Of a stretch of DNA of 64,000 bases, positions 1 to 13,405 are shown piece after piece. Location: positions 1 to 64,000 of the forward strand of contig NIVC01003852.1 in the NCBI GenBank assembly GCA_002269645.1, written 5' to 3'. How positions within the stretch are numbered: the stretch's first letter is position 1; each line of letters starts with the position of its first letter. This DNA is from Macrostomum lignano (taxonomy: Eukaryota). Both the position numbers and the translations under genes were made by a program. The notes beneath the pieces are model-generated. The model had not been told where the DNA came from. It did not search any database and saw nothing but the letters and a program-made list of their open reading frames with translations.

Positions 1-434
1 GGGAAGCACTCAAAAACAACAAATCGGCACAGTTGCCACGCTGAGGAGCGGAGATGAGGCGGGCGGGGGCATTAGCGAGCTCCACTTGCAACGGCCGAGC
101 AGCCGCGTGCGGAGGCGAAGGCATTAGCTCACGGAGATCCCCACGACTGTCGAAGTGAATGAAAATTTTATGAGTCTGGCCGGGGGTCTGCCGGCCAACA
201 CAGCCAGCGGCAGATGGCCTCCCCAGCATCCCTCAGCCTTCTCCATTTCTGTCCGCTCGCTCCACAGTCTGAGTCCCTTTTCTGAGTAGCTATGCACCAG
301 GCGCTTATCTGTTTGGCCAGCTCAAATACTGGTTCTTGTTGCTGTGCGAGCTTCAGGATGTCTTTGGATGACCAGACTGCTCAGATCGATGGGTGACAGG
401 GAAGATGTCAATGACCCGAGTGCCAAGAATTGAT

Positions 435-770
435 AGGTGACAGGGAGTGCTCAGATTGATGGTTGTCAGGGAGTGCTCAGATTGATGGTTGTCAGGGAGT
501 GCTCAGATTGATGAGTGACAGGCAGTGCTCAGATTTATGAGTGTCAGGGAGTGCTCAGATTGATGAGTGTCAGGGAGTGCTCAGATTGATGAGTGTCGGG
601 AGTGCTCAGATTGATGAGTGTCAGGGAGTGCTCAGATTGATGGGTAACAGGGAGTGCTCAGATTGATGGTTGACAGGGAGTGCTTTGATTGATGAGTGTC
701 AGGGAGTGCTCAGATTGATTAGTGTCAGGGAGTGGTCAGATTGATGAGTGTCAGGGAGTGCTCAGACTGA
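435..770. repeat. Minisatellite, 26-bp unit (cagggagtgctcagattgatgagtgt), ~13 copies
   Basis: Direct tandem periodicity, e.g. gtgtcaggg at 541 and 567. Confidence 0.9.
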
Positions 771-817
771 TAGGTCGAGCAGTAAAAGGTGAAAATGACT
801 CTCAGACAGAGTCTCAC

Positions 818-950
818 CCCGAATCTTCTCAGTCTCCCAGAGATCTCTCTCCAGCTTATCGGCTGCCACAGGCCGGCCGCGGCTGGCGTGGAACTGGGCG
901 GCCTGGTGCAGCAGCTGCTCCACCAGCGCCTGCTTGGCAGCGGGGCGCAT
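818..950 (-). CDS. Possible orphan coding exon (MRPAAKQALVEQLLHQAAQF...)
   Basis: ATG at 950, GC3-rich codons, ends at a G|gtgaga donor (817). No family recognised and no downstream exon identified. Confidence 0.3.
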
Positions 951-1344
951 GGCTGAGGAGTTTCAAGCGGCGCCGCCCAAGCAGCGGAAGGAGGGGGGCA
1001 GCGGCGGTTCTCGTGGATCGATCGAGCGCTCGGGGCTGTCGCGAGTGCGGGTCGATGATTGCCGCTCGACTTCGCTGATCAAGCCTGAGCGATTTCTGCC
1101 GCTAAGGCCGCCTTTTCAGGGCCAGTTTAGTGCGAGTTGGAGCCGCGGCCCGCTTTGATTGGCTAATCGGGCGGTGCAGCTAATGAGCCGGGGGGGGGCA
1201 GGGAGGCTGCCTGGAACGCCTCATCAACCTGCTACTCCTAATGTGCTGCTGCTCTCCCATCTACACTTTGCTCAATGCTGGGGCATCCCACTTGCTGCAT
1301 AATTCACATTCAGGTTTTTGCATTCACTCGCCTCATATCTCACA

Positions 1345-1760
1345 CTTGCTTCTCATACTCACTTCTGAGATTTCATACTCACTTCTGAGATCTCACACTC
1401 ACTTCTGAGATCTCATACTCACTTCTGAGATCTCACACTCACTTCTGAGATCTCACACTTACTTCTGAGATCTCACACTCACTTCTGAGATCTCACACTC
1501 ACTTCTGGGATCTCACACTCACTTCTGAGATCTCATATTCACTTCTGAGATCTCATACTCACTTCTGAGATCTCATACTCACTTCTGAGATCTCACACTC
1601 ACTTCTGAGATCTCATACTCACTTCTGAGATCTGCCACTCACTTCTGAGATCTCACACTCACTTCTGAGATCTCACACTCACTTCTGAGATCTCACACTC
1701 ACTTCTGGGATCTCACACTCACTTCTGAGATCTCAAACTCAGATTTGAGATCTCACACTG
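1345..1760. repeat. Minisatellite, 20-bp unit (cacactcacttctgagatct), ~20 copies
   Basis: Direct tandem periodicity. Confidence 0.95.
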
Positions 1761-2988
1761 AATTCCAATGCGTGTCGAATTTCTCCAACTCGTTGCCATT
1801 CTCTCCCAGTTCATTTTTAATCGCTGAAATAATCTCCCACCAGCTGTGGGTGCAGCCGCGCTCTGTCGAAGGCCCGAGCTGCCCCGTGACGCAGCACTAG
1901 CTCCCCCCCGGTCTCACTCAGCTTGCACAGCTGCTGCACTGAGTGAAAGCCATCTGCTCAGACAGAATGAAACAGTCGTTAAGGGTGAGCCTTGTGGCCA
2001 GTGAAAGAAGATTGGAAGGCTCGAATGCCCTTGTTCTTCTTCTGCTCGGCTCGGCTGGACGCAGCCTCCATCTTCCAGGCTCCATCAGCTAATTGCCTGT
2101 CGGGTGCACCTGCGTGCCCGGCAACAAAAATCTATTCTCCCATTCTGCCCTCCCCCGGGGGCGGGTCCGGTGGGGCCGCATCGACCCGCCTCGGCCTCTC
2201 GCAGTTCGCCGGGCCGCCACCCCCTCCGTCAAGGCCGGCAATCATCGAATTCCGAATTCCCAGCTGCCGAGCTGCTTCATCGCTTCTCAACCTTGCATTC
2301 TCCCTTCTCTCTTATTCACACGTGGCTCAGTTTCCCCGGGCTCTCGCGAATCAATGAGCTCACGGAGCGACGCCTGCTCGCGAAACAGGTTGACGGCTTG
2401 CAGCCTAATCCTGGCGATCCCCATGGGGATAATAGGTGATAGGGAGCAATTGTGCTCAGATTTCCAATTTGCACCGATGGCCAGGGGCTGAGCAAAGATC
2501 CCAAATCCCCAAGTCCATTGTCCAATCATTGCTGTCTGCGCGTGTTCTTTAGGTCTATCGACGATACGGCACGCCTAGTCAGTATCCATGACAACTATTC
2601 ATTAATTTTAACCCATTTTTACACGAAGTGTCTCTACAGCCTACGAACTTTCGTACGATGTAATCAAAGAAAACACCTGGTTACCATGGCAACCGATTGT
2701 CCATCATTAATGTGCAGGGGGACTTTGGGCACTGCCGACCCGGAGCCAGCGAGGAGGCCAGCAGTCAGGCCGTTGAGCTGACCCTGAGCAGTCAGGCCGT
2801 TGAGCTGACCCTGAGCACTCTGGCATGCGCTCACGCAGGGCGTACAGCGGCCCTGACTTCTCATCGTTGCTCCACAAGTTGAGTTCCGCACACGAATACC
2901 AAGTAAATGTACTTTAGCGCAATGAGAGTCAGGCGCGCTATCTCTGAGCAAGATGCGTCTTAGGTTGCTATGGCAACCGATGACTCAC

Positions 2989-5560
2989 CAGCTCTGGCTG
3001 AATTGCCGGCAGCGGACTGAGTCCCGGCGGCCGGGGAGTCCGCGAAGATGGGGTCCAGGACCAGTGGCGGCGGCTGGTGGCGGCTCCGAGTGGCGGCGGC
3101 TGTTTGGCCTGCAGGAATTTTCCATTTCAAAATTTCAATAAAAATAGAAATTCTGCAGTTCAGACCAGCTGATGTCAAGCAAACTCAGAATTCGAAATGT
3201 ACCTCGAGGAGTTGCAGGAAGCTGCTGCTGGGACGGCCAGGGAGGGTGGTGGGGCTGGCGCGGCTCGCTGCGCTCAGCGGCCGTGCCCTTGGCTAGACGG
3301 TCCGAGGTTCGAGTCCTCTGCTCGATTTGGCACCTGTTAAAGGGAAACGATTGCTGGTTGAAATGGTTCCGGACTTTTTTGGCAGTCTGGAGTCTGGCAC
3401 ACTATGCAAACTGCCTGGAGCACTTAGGGAAGTCCAGCACACTCTAGAAGTCCAGCACACTGTAGAAGTCCAGCACACTGTAGAAGTCCAGCACACTCTA
3501 GAAGTCCAGCACATTGTAGAAGTCCAGCACACTCTAGAAGTCCAGCACACTCTAGAAGTCCAGCACACTCTAGAAGTCCAGCACACTCTAGAAGTCCAGC
3601 ACACTCTAGAAGTCCAGCACACCCTAGAAGTCCAGCACACTCTAGAAGTCCAGCACACTCTAGAAGTCCAGCACACTGTAGAAGTCTAGCACACTCACTT
3701 GAAGCAGGGCGCAGCGTTGACGGCTCCTACAAAGCCGAAGTGGCCGGTCTGGGAGCCGAGCCGCGCCCCCGGGGTGTGCCGGAACTCACAGCAGGTGCTC
3801 AACCGCGAGTCCATAACGCCGCTGATGTACAACGACAGAGAGAATGGGAACCCGCGGTGGCGCCGGCTAACGAAAGTGAAATCCTCTGCAATTTTTCAAA
3901 GGAATCCGATGCAAAACGCAGCTTGCTACTTGCAGTAGACGAAATAGTCACGTGTTGAATTTTGCACTCTGACATAAAGCCTATTATGGCCCATTGTTTA
4001 GCTGAGGCCGGAGCGGGGGAAGTCGCCCACCCCCTGACTGCCCCTCAGCTGCCCCAGCAATAGAAAAGCCGCAGCCCCAGCATCCCAGCAGCAGTGGCAA
4101 GTTGTCAGTGGCAACCAGAGAAGCCCTGTGCTCAGTTTTTCTACTTTCATCTGAGAGTTCATAAATCATTTTCTCTACTACATGCCGACTAAGCCGCTGA
4201 GGAGAGTCCCAAAAAAGTACGGAGCAGTTGACGGGGGTGGCAGCAGGTGGCTGTCGCTGTTTGCAGATGTGCGGCGGTCGGTGGCATTGAAATCATTTTT
4301 CAATTTGCTTCATTCTCTGTACTGAGTAATAAGCATGTTTTCACCAAAGCCATCTGCAGCATCTGCTCCTCTAAAGAGCACCCCCAATACCCAAGTAGCC
4401 TCAGTCTCTGAGATACCACTACGGGGGCTCAGGTCCTCAGCTACCCTTCTATGGAGCCTCAGGCCCTCAGATGCCCCACTATGGAGCTTCAGGCCATTGG
4501 ATGCCCCCTTTACGTAGCCCCAAAGTGCTTCAGAACCTCGGATACTTTTCAGTGTTTCGGGACCTCAGATACCTCACAGTGCCTCAGGACCTCAGATACC
4601 CCACAGTGCCTCAGAACCTCAGATACCCCTCAGTGCTTCAGGACCTCAAATACACACAGTGCTTCAGGACCTCAGATACACACAGTGCTTCAGGACCTCA
4701 GATACACACAGTGCTTCAGGACCTCAGATATCACACAGTGCTTCAGGACCTCAGATACCCCACAGTGCCTCAGGACCTCAGATACCCCACAGTGCCTCAG
4801 GACCTCAGATACACACAGTGCTTCAGGACCTCAGATACCCCACAGTGCTTCAGGACCTCAGATACCCCTCAGTGCTTCAGGACCTCAGATACCCCTCAGT
4901 GCTTCAGGACCTCAGATACCCCTCAGTGCTTCAGGACCTCAGATACCCCTCCCACGAGCAGCACCCGCCACCCCGCAGCCATAAGCCGGGTGCGCACCGT
5001 TGGGCTGCACGAAGCCGCTGAACACCCGCAGCGTGTTGCCTCCCGAGTGCTGCTGCATCACCGTCACCTGCTGCTCACGCGCCTCCCCACCACCGCTGCC
5101 GAAGAAGCGCAGCGTCACCCGGCAGGACGAGCCGGGCCTGCCGCTGGGCTGCCGGCTTTGCCTCTCGTCCCTGGAGTTGCGCCCGCCGCCGCTGAAGCCG
5201 TCGCTGGAGTCCAAGGAGGGCAGCGAGGCTGACGAGCTCGACGTGCCGTCGGACGCCGATGCGGCCGACCAGACTGGCCGGCGCGGACCGCGCGGAGGCT
5301 GCTGCGGCGACTGCCTTCTGGAGCCCGGCTGGGGGATCAGAGACACCTGGAATTCATGTGTGTGCGGTGTTGCCAAGGCTACTCTGCTGTTCGGATTGGT
5401 TGGCATCGAGACTCACCTTCTCATCCAGCAGCGCCGAGCTGGCGCGGCCCGGTCCCGGCCGGCTGGGCGGCCGCCGGTTGCCCAGAATCCGGCGCTCCTC
5501 ATCAACCTGGTGCGCGCCGAGCGACGTCTGCGTGACGATGCGGCAATGCGGCATTCGCAT
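2989..5560 (-). CDS. ERICH3-like DUF4590-domain protein (multi-exon, 3' end unresolved)
   Basis: Phase-compatible GT-AG exons 5560-5417, 5346-4998, 3885-3699, 3333-3203 and 3108-2989. Spliced product reads VTVMQQHSGGNTLRVFSGFVQPN-EDFTFVSRRHRGFPFSLSLYISGVMDSRLSTCCEFRH..GHFGFVGAVNAAPCFKC, matching the recalled DUF4590 pattern (QQHCGG..F.F.S.RH.GFPFSL...RLSSCCEY.H...PCYKC). The start and last exons are uncertain. Confidence 0.8.
3428..3694. repeat. Intronic minisatellite, 18-bp unit (agaagtccagcacactct), ~15 copies
   Basis: Fills intron 3334-3698 up to the donor and explains the VQHTLE ORFs. Confidence 0.95.
4530..4950. repeat. Intronic minisatellite, 25-27-bp unit (cagtgcttcaggacctcagatacccc)
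   Basis: Tandem units inside intron 3886-4997. Confidence 0.9.
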
Positions 5561-5733
5561 AGCAGATTTAGCTTATTACCCCTGAGTACACACTCGCTTC
5601 TCTCTCTGTGCCTTGGGAGACTGGCACTCATAAATCATGAATCATGCCCGACAGCCCCAGGCCGATTTTCGTGGAACACCGAGTGGAAACCAAGGGGGCC
5701 CAGTGCTCCAGTGCGGCGCTCTGATTTGCCATC

Positions 5734-5957
5734 GGCCCGGGCTCGATTCCAAGTGCAGCCGCATTAATTTGGGGCTGAATGGGAGTCTCGGCGTGGGTCT
5801 GCTCGTGCGATTAACGTCCTTGAAGAGGCCCAACCCCAAGGTACAGCGAAGTGTACATGCCTAACGTTAAATAAAGTTGATTTGTGTGCCTGCTCAGGGG
5901 AGTAATGTCGCTTAAATGCACCAGTGCGCATGCAGCCCCTGCCTCTAATAAAAATAT
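5734..5957 (+). mobile_element. Dispersed SINE-like repeat, copy 1
   Basis: Collinear with 50661-50970 (ggctcgattccaagtgcag ... aagtgtacatgcctaacg ... tgtgcctgctcag ... aatgtcgcttaaa ... gcagcccctgcctct.ataaaaa). B-box-like head and A-rich tail. Confidence 0.6.
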
Positions 5958-8609
5958 CAAGAGTCAAGACACTGGACCAAAGGGATAAAGAAAAATCAAT
6001 AATCGACTTTCAGTCCTTCTTGAGCGCAACTGCCCCCGGCTCACTTTCGAGCGTCGCAGCATCGGGGCGTCCTGCGGGTGGCCCCCCGCCCGCCAGCCGG
6101 TTGCGTTGGTCTGGGCGCCGACTGGCGGCGGTTGCGGCCGACGTGCTGGCAAAGTTTCTGGCGCCAGGTCAGCGATCTGCGTGGTCAGCAGTGGGACATT
6201 GTTCAATACTTGTACAGCTTGGCTTTGTTTCTTGCAGCATATCAGGAGGCAAAAACGAAACAAAAAAGGAAATTAAATGATTACCAGACCGGCTCGCTCG
6301 AGATTCTGCCTCTTGCTGCGATTGTTTAAGTTATTTACTGACAGTGGCGCATCGTGCGGACTGGCTTGATATGCCAACAACCTGTTGGTTGAAAGTAGAA
6401 CAGAAATAATAGAAATATTTTATATCAATAAATCTGGATATTACCAGTAAAAATGTATTGACTTAAATGACCATAATTTTTCAATAAAAACATTAAGAAA
6501 TAAACAGATAAACTAAAAATTATTGTACGCTCGTATATAACTTTAATATAACTAAACAAAGTACACTATACCAACAATTTATGAAAATACACTTTGTTCA
6601 TATGATTATATATTTTAGAAAAAAATTGACAACTCATCGAATATAAACTGTTTAAAAAAGTTAGATAAACATTACATAGCTATTATTTTCTTTTCTTATT
6701 GGAATTCAACATTAAAAATGTTTAAATTAAATAATAAATAAATAATTAACAAACAATTGCTTGCCATCGCTTCCATCAATTGTAAATAGAATAATAAAAC
6801 TACTTTAGAACACTCTATATGATCTGGAAAGTTTTAATTTTATACTTTTTACACATCCTTTATGAATAAAAACATACCCAGAATCCGCATTCAGCCTTGG
6901 CATTTGCCAAAGACGTATTTCGATGAATCACGAATCAAGCCAGACTCACGCAACTGAGTCGGGACCAGCGTGCTGAAGTCAATTTAAAATCGGCAATTTA
7001 AAAGCAATTGAAACAGCACCTCGACAGATTTCGTGGCGCAAAACACTCTGCTTAAATTTTATATTCTTTGAACAAAAAAAATTGAAATTAATTTTGTTCC
7101 TAAAAGGGATTTATCATAAAAATCTTTTTTATTTTCTTGATTTTTGTTTGAATGAACTTGAATGACAACTCCCGGAAATTATAGACAATAAGAGTTTAAT
7201 AAATTTTAATACGCGTAAGCTGCAGTGTATCTCGAGGCATATCTCCCCATTACAAAATTTCTTACTTTGGTACTGATTTTATTTATTGATTTTGGTACAA
7301 AAATGAGAGTTTTTGTATTTTTAGGCACAATTCGCGAAGGTCACTACACTGATATATTATGCAACTAATTTTGATATGCTCTCGGTCCACTGTTTTCAAA
7401 GCTTTGATACGCTAAAAAGTTTAGGCGAATGTAATGCTTAGTGCGGTACAACCACCTCATCTGAAATTATTAAGGCGTACGCGGGCTGTATAATTTATGG
7501 CTATTTTAGATAGTGTTTTATGATAAATACCAAGACTTTTTATTATTTATTTGCATATGAATACAATTTCTAGCACTTGATAAGCTCGTTTATTTTTTGA
7601 CAGCGTTCCCAGCGAGTAATCATCAGAGAATCAGATCCTATGCGACTGCCACCAGCCAATCAGCTATTCTAACCAACCAGGTCTAAGTTGGTAAAGATTA
7701 CATGAACGAACTAACGTCCCAGCCCTATTCGAATTCTAAAACAGCTCTTATGGGCTCGATCGCCTCTCAGTTTTAAACATCATTTTACCAAGAAATTTAG
7801 TTCAAACTCAACTGCAACAAGAAATGAAGCAGATTTGCCTAGCCATTTGCTTTCTGTGGACGCAGAGAACTTTGATTGGCCTCGTTGAAGGTAAGCATTA
7901 TTGCATATGCAAGAATTGGTTGTGGGATCGCATTGTTCTCTCGTCCCAGAGGTCCTGGGCTCGATTCCCAGGTGTGGCCACAGTAAATAAGGGAAAAGCC
8001 TTCAGGTAAGATAAACCTCAGCTATTGTTTCTCCAACAGTCGCCTAAAATGTTTTCCTAAACTTTTAAATTGCAGTGAAGATTAAACAAAACATTTGATG
8101 AACAAGGCAATCGAGTCAGACAAGGAAGAGGGAAGGAAAACAGAAAATCGCTCTGAAGAAAGCCGATAGGATTTCCTCTTCTAGAAGATTTATTTGCAGC
8201 CGCATCAGCTCTAGTGAGCCCTTCAGTGAGAGAGCTTTCCCTGCATAATTCAGGCCCGCACTCCCGCATTCATGGAGCGCTGAGGCCCCGGCCCGGCCGC
8301 ACTCAATCAATTCGAGTCCGGGGATTTTGCATGCAGCTCAGGGGATCTGCGGGCCGCCTCTTCCGCGCTTTTTTGCTGCGGCTGCTGTTGCTTTTTTTGA
8401 TGCTGTGTGGGATGCTCGATCTAATAAAAATCATGTCTGTATGAATTTCTGCGCAGGCCGGGGGGCTCGCCGGGTCAAACTGAGTTCAAAGCGTCCGCCG
8501 CTTTTGTCTCTTAACTCTCAAAAACGAGACCACCAAGTTTTTTGCCCGGCCCGGCTTGAGAACTCCCTAATTTCTTGGCAATTCTTCGCGAGCAATTCTC
8601 TTGGGGGGA

Positions 8610-9025
8610 GTATTTCTCACTCTGAATTCCCCCGAACACTAATCCGCGGGAGGGCAGTTCTCACTCTGAATTCCCCCGAACACTAATCCGCGGGAGGGCA
8701 GTTCTCACTCTGAATTCCCCGAACACTAATCCGCGGGAGGGCAGTTCTCACTCTGAATTCCCCGAACACTAATCCGCGGGAGGGCAGTTCTCACTCTGAA
8801 TTCCCCCGAACACTAATCCGCGGGAGGGCAGTTCTCACTCTGAATTCCCCCGAACACTAATCCGCGGGAGGGCAGTTCTCACTCTGAATTCCCCCGAACA
8901 CTAATCCGCGGAGGGCAGTTCTCACTCTGAATTTCCCCGAACACTAATCCGCGGGAGGGCAGTTCTCACTCTGAATTCCCCCGAACACTAATCCACGGGA
9001 GGGCAGTTTCTCACTCTGAATTCCC
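8610..9025. repeat. Minisatellite, 44-bp unit (cactaatccgcgggagggcagttctcactctgaattcccccgaa), ~9 copies
   Basis: aatccg at 8641 and 8685. Confidence 0.9.
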
Positions 9026-9796
9026 CGCGGCAATTGCAAGAGTCGGGAATTCTCATTCCCCGAATTCCCGCTTGAAAAGCCCCGCTATTTACCAAGCCGG
9101 GAGTCAGCGGGCCTGCCTGTTATTCGCGGCGAAGTCCAGCTCCCCCGCCCCATCTTGAGAGTCCCGTGCAGTTCAATGAGCAGCGGCCAGCCGTATCTTC
9201 GAGCTCGACTATAGCGATTAAAACAGACAGGTCCCCTAATCCCGGTGTTAGCCGGTCCACCTCAGCTCACATCCGAGCTGACTCCAGTTGAGGGCTATCG
9301 GAGAAAGCCGCCACCCCTCTCCTGACGGCAGTGCAGCAGCCGTGCTCAGTCAGGCGATGGGGAGGCAGATAAGCTGGGCGACCCCCCCCCCGCTGGGCCC
9401 GGGGGCGCTCTGGAAGTTCGGACTCGGCAGGACACTTGTTGCTGGCCGGAGTGCAGGCGCACTCTTGGATGGATGGCCTGACAGCTCAGAGAAGTCCCAT
9501 CCCATCTTCTACGACCCGAGCGGAGCGGTTAATGAAATTTTTCGCAGCCAGCAATTTCAATATGAGCAGCCTCCCACCCCCCCGAGTGGCACCTCACCCG
9601 GACAGCTCAAACTGTCTGTCGGCAATCAAAGCTGCAGAGCTGGCAAACATTGGGGGAGGATTTGCTCTTCGGGTGTCAGTCAGGAAGAAATTGAAGCAGA
9701 GCTTCCAGCCGATCGCTGCTTGCCCGGCGCCAACAGAGTGGCGAATCTCCGGCGAGTTGAAAATTGAAATTTTGGCAAGCAGTTTTTGCCTGGAGC

Positions 9797-11920
9797 ATCA
9801 TTCCGAATCCTGTGTCAAATCATCATTCCGAATCCTGTGTCAAATCATCATTCCGAATCCTGTGTCAAATCATCATTCCGAATCCTGTGTCAAATCATCA
9901 TTCCGAATCCTGTGTCAAATCATCATTCCGAATCCTGTGTCAAATCATCATTCCGAATCCTGTGTCAAATCATCATTCCGAATCCTGTGTCAAATCATCA
10001 TTCCGAATCGTGTGTCAAATCATCATTCAGAATCCTGTGTCAAATCATCATTCCGAATCGTGTGTCAAATCATCATTCCGAATCCTGTGTCAAATCATCA
10101 TTCCGAATCCTGTGTCAAATCATCATTCCGAATCGTGTGTCAAATCATCATTCCGAATCCTGTGTCAAATCATCATTCCGAATCCTGTGTCAAATCATCA
10201 TTCCGAATCGTGTGTCAAATCATCATTCCGAATCGTGTGTCAAATCATCATTCAGAATCCTGTGTCAAATCATCATTCCGAATCCTGTGTCAAATCATCA
10301 TTCCGAATCCTGTGTCAAATCATCATTCCGAATCCTGTGTCAAATCATCATTCAGAATCCTGTGTCAAATCATCATTCCGAATCCTGTGTCAAATCATCA
10401 TTCCGAATCCTGTGTCAAATCATCATTCCGAATCCTGTGTCAAATCATCATTCCGAATCGTGTGTCAAATCATCATTCCGAATCCTGTGTCAAATCATCA
10501 TTCCGAATCGTGTGTCAAATCATCATTCCGAATCCTGTGTCAAATCATCATTCCGAATCCTGTGTCAAATCATCATTCCGAATCCTGTGTCAAATCATCA
10601 TTCCGAATCCTGTGTCAAATCATCATTCCGAATCCTGTGTCAAATCATCATTCCGAATCCTGTGTCAAATCATCATTCCGAATCCTGTGTCAAATCATCA
10701 TTCCGAATCGTGTGTCAAATCATCATTCCGAATCCTGTGTCAAATCATCATTCCGAATCGTGTGTCAAATCATCATTCAGAATCCTGTGTCAAATCATCA
10801 TTCCGAATCCTGTGTCAAATCATCATTCCGAATCCTGTGTCAAATCATCATTCAGAATCGTGTGTCAAATCATCATTCCGAATCGTGTGTCAAATCATCA
10901 TTCCGAATCCTGTGTCAAATCATCATTCCGAATCCTGTGTCAAATCATCATTCCGAATCGTGTGTCAAATCATCATTCCGAATCGTGTGTCAAATCATCA
11001 TTCCGAATCCTGTTTCAAATCATCATTCCGAATCCTGTGTCAAATCATCATTCAGAATCCTGTGTCAAATCATCATTCCGAATCGTGTGTCAAATCATCA
11101 TTCCGAATCGTGTGTCAAATCATCATTCCGAATCGTGTGTCAAATCATCATTCAGAATCCTGTATCAAATCATCATTCCGAATCGTGTGTCAAATCATCA
11201 TTCAGAATCCTGTGTCAAATCATCATTCCGAATCGTGTGTCAAATCATCATTCCGAATCCTGTGTCAAATCATCATTCCGAATCGTGTGTCAAATCATCA
11301 TTCCGAATCCTGTGTCAAATCATCATTCCGAATCCTGTGTCAAATCATCATTCCGAATCCTGTGTCAAATCATCATTCCGAATCCTGTGTCAAATCATCA
11401 TTCCGAATCCTGTTTCAAATCATCATTCCGAATCCTGTGTCAAATCATCATTCCGAATCCTGTGTCAAATCATCATTCCGAATCCTGTGTCAAATCATCA
11501 TTCCGAATCCTGTGTCAAATCATCATTCCGAATCCTGTGTCAAATCATCATTCCGAATCCTGTGTCAAATCATCATTCCGAATCCTGTGTCAAATCATCA
11601 TTCCGAATCCTGTTTCAAATCATCATTCCGAATCCTGTGTCAAATCATCATTCAGAATCCTGTGTCAAATCATCATTCCGAATCCTGTGTCAAATCATCA
11701 TTCCGAATCCTGTGTCAAATCATCATTCCGAATCCTGTGTCAAATCATCATTCCGAATCCTGTGTCAAATCATCATTCAGAATCCTGTGTCAAATCATCA
11801 TTCCGAATCCTGTGTCAAATCATCATTCCGAATCCTGTGTCAAATCATCATTCCGAATCCTGTGTCAAATCATCATTCCGAATCCTGTGTCAAATCATCA
11901 TTCCGAATCGTGTGTCAAAT
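9797..11920. repeat. Satellite array, 25-bp unit (catcattccgaatcctgtgtcaaat), ~85 copies
   Basis: Near-perfect tandem array with no spacers. The three 730-830 aa ORFs are read-through of this repeat. Confidence 0.97.
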
Positions 11921-12160
11921 GACCTCCCCACTCCAAGGCCCCACTCTACCTGACCTCCCCACTCGAAAGCCTCCGTCCACCTGACCTCCCCACTCCAAAG
12001 CCCTCCCTCTACCTGACCTCTCCACTCCAAATCCCTTCTGCCTGACCTCCCCACCCCAAATCTCATCTGCCTGACCCCCTCACTCCAAAGCCCCCTCTGC
12101 CTGACCCCCTCACTCCAAAGCCTCCCTCCACCTGACCTCCCCACTCCACAGCCCTCCTCC
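11920..12160. repeat. Degenerate ~32-bp C-rich repeat (cctgacctccccactccaaagccc...)
   Basis: Recurring cctgacctccccactcca directly abutting the 25-bp array. Confidence 0.75.
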
Positions 12161-12664
12161 CAGCTCAGCCCCGGGACCCCCCGAGCAGCCGGGCTGATCA
12201 GCTGCCCTGGGCCGAAGTTGCGGCCTCCATAATGAAAGCATTGAGGCAGCTTTGGCGAGGCCGGGAAAATATTTAGCGGTCTTCCGCCCCAGTCCGAATC
12301 GAATTTGCTATTCGAGCTCGAGGCCCAGGCTCCTCTTGGACTCGCCTAGCATTTTTTACTGGATGATGATGAAGCGCTACGTGTTGGAAGCTGCGGCTGC
12401 CGCTGCCTGTCTCGCTTCTGGAAGCACTTTTGTCTGCTTGCCAATCCAGAAAAATACTGAAAAATGAAGAGCTGAGAGGCACTTCGAAGAAGTCTCTACT
12501 TGCTTCCCCAAGACTTTTTTTCGCGAAAACTGGGGTCTGGGGATTTGGAGGTGGGGCGATGGGAAGGCAGAAATTCAAATCCCATCAAGAGAAAAGGTGT
12601 CAACTCTAATGAGGTGTAAAAAGTCCCGGAAATGTGCCAAAAAATTAGATATTAAATTTCCTAG

Positions 12665-13405
12665 AAATTAGAAACTCCAATTCCTAGAAAGTCCAATTCC
12701 TAGAAAGTCCAATTCCTAGAAAGTCCAATTCCTAGAAAGTCCAATTCCTACGAGTATAAAGTCCAATTCTTAGAAAGTCCAATTCCTAGAAATTCCAATT
12801 CCTAGAAAGTCAAATTCCTAGAAAGTATAAACTCCAATTCTTAGAAAGTATAAACTACAATTCCTAGAAAAATAGATACTCCAATTCCTAGAAATTAGGT
12901 AGCTCCAATTCCTAGAAAGTCCAATTCCTAGAAAGTCCAACTCCTAGAAAGTCAAATTCTTAGAAAGTATAAACTCCAACTCGTAGAAAGTATAAACTAT
13001 AATACAATTCCTAGAAAAAAAAGATACTCCAATTTGTAGAAAGTAGAAACTCCAATTCCTAGAAAGTATAAACTCCAATTCGTAGAAAGTATAAACTACA
13101 ATTCCTAGAAAAATAGATACTCCAATTCGTAGAAAGTAGAAACTCCAATTCGAAGAAAGTAGAAACTCCAATTCCTAGAAAGTATAAACTCCAATTCTTA
13201 GAAAGTATAAACTCAAATTCGTAGAAAGTATAAACTCCAATTCGTAGAAAGTATAAACTCCAATTCGTAGAAAGTATAAACTACAATTCGTAGAAAGTAT
13301 AAACTACAATTCCTAGAAAAATAGATACTCCAATTCTTAGAAAGTAGAAACTCCAATTCGTAGAAAGTAGAAACTCCAATTCGTAGAAAGTAGAAACTCC
13401 AATTT
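12665..13405. repeat. AT-rich compound repeat, 16/23-bp units (ccaattcctagaaagt[ataaact])
   Basis: Direct tandem units with variants. Confidence 0.85.

Noticed and set aside
5000-5767. 255-aa plus-strand ORF with high GC3
   Set aside because: Antisense shadow frame sharing third positions with the DUF4590 exons, which carry the recognisable domain.
7920-7980. tRNA gene
   Set aside because: Only a T-arm-like hairpin is present. No convincing acceptor, D or anticodon stems.
8330-8410. Possible nAChR signal-peptide exon (MQLRGSAGRLFRAFLLRLLLLFLML)
   Set aside because: It is hydrophobic and has a phase-compatible t|gtggga donor, but it lies 5.4 kb away with no independent support. Not called.
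9797-11920. CRISPR-like appearance of the repeat arrays (also 42835-43655 and 25765-26726)
   Set aside because: Units are head-to-tail with no unique spacers, there are no cas genes, and the context is eukaryotic.
9436-11984. Three 729-828 aa ORFs
   Set aside because: All are read-through of a 25-bp satellite and are cyclic permutations of the same peptide in three frames.
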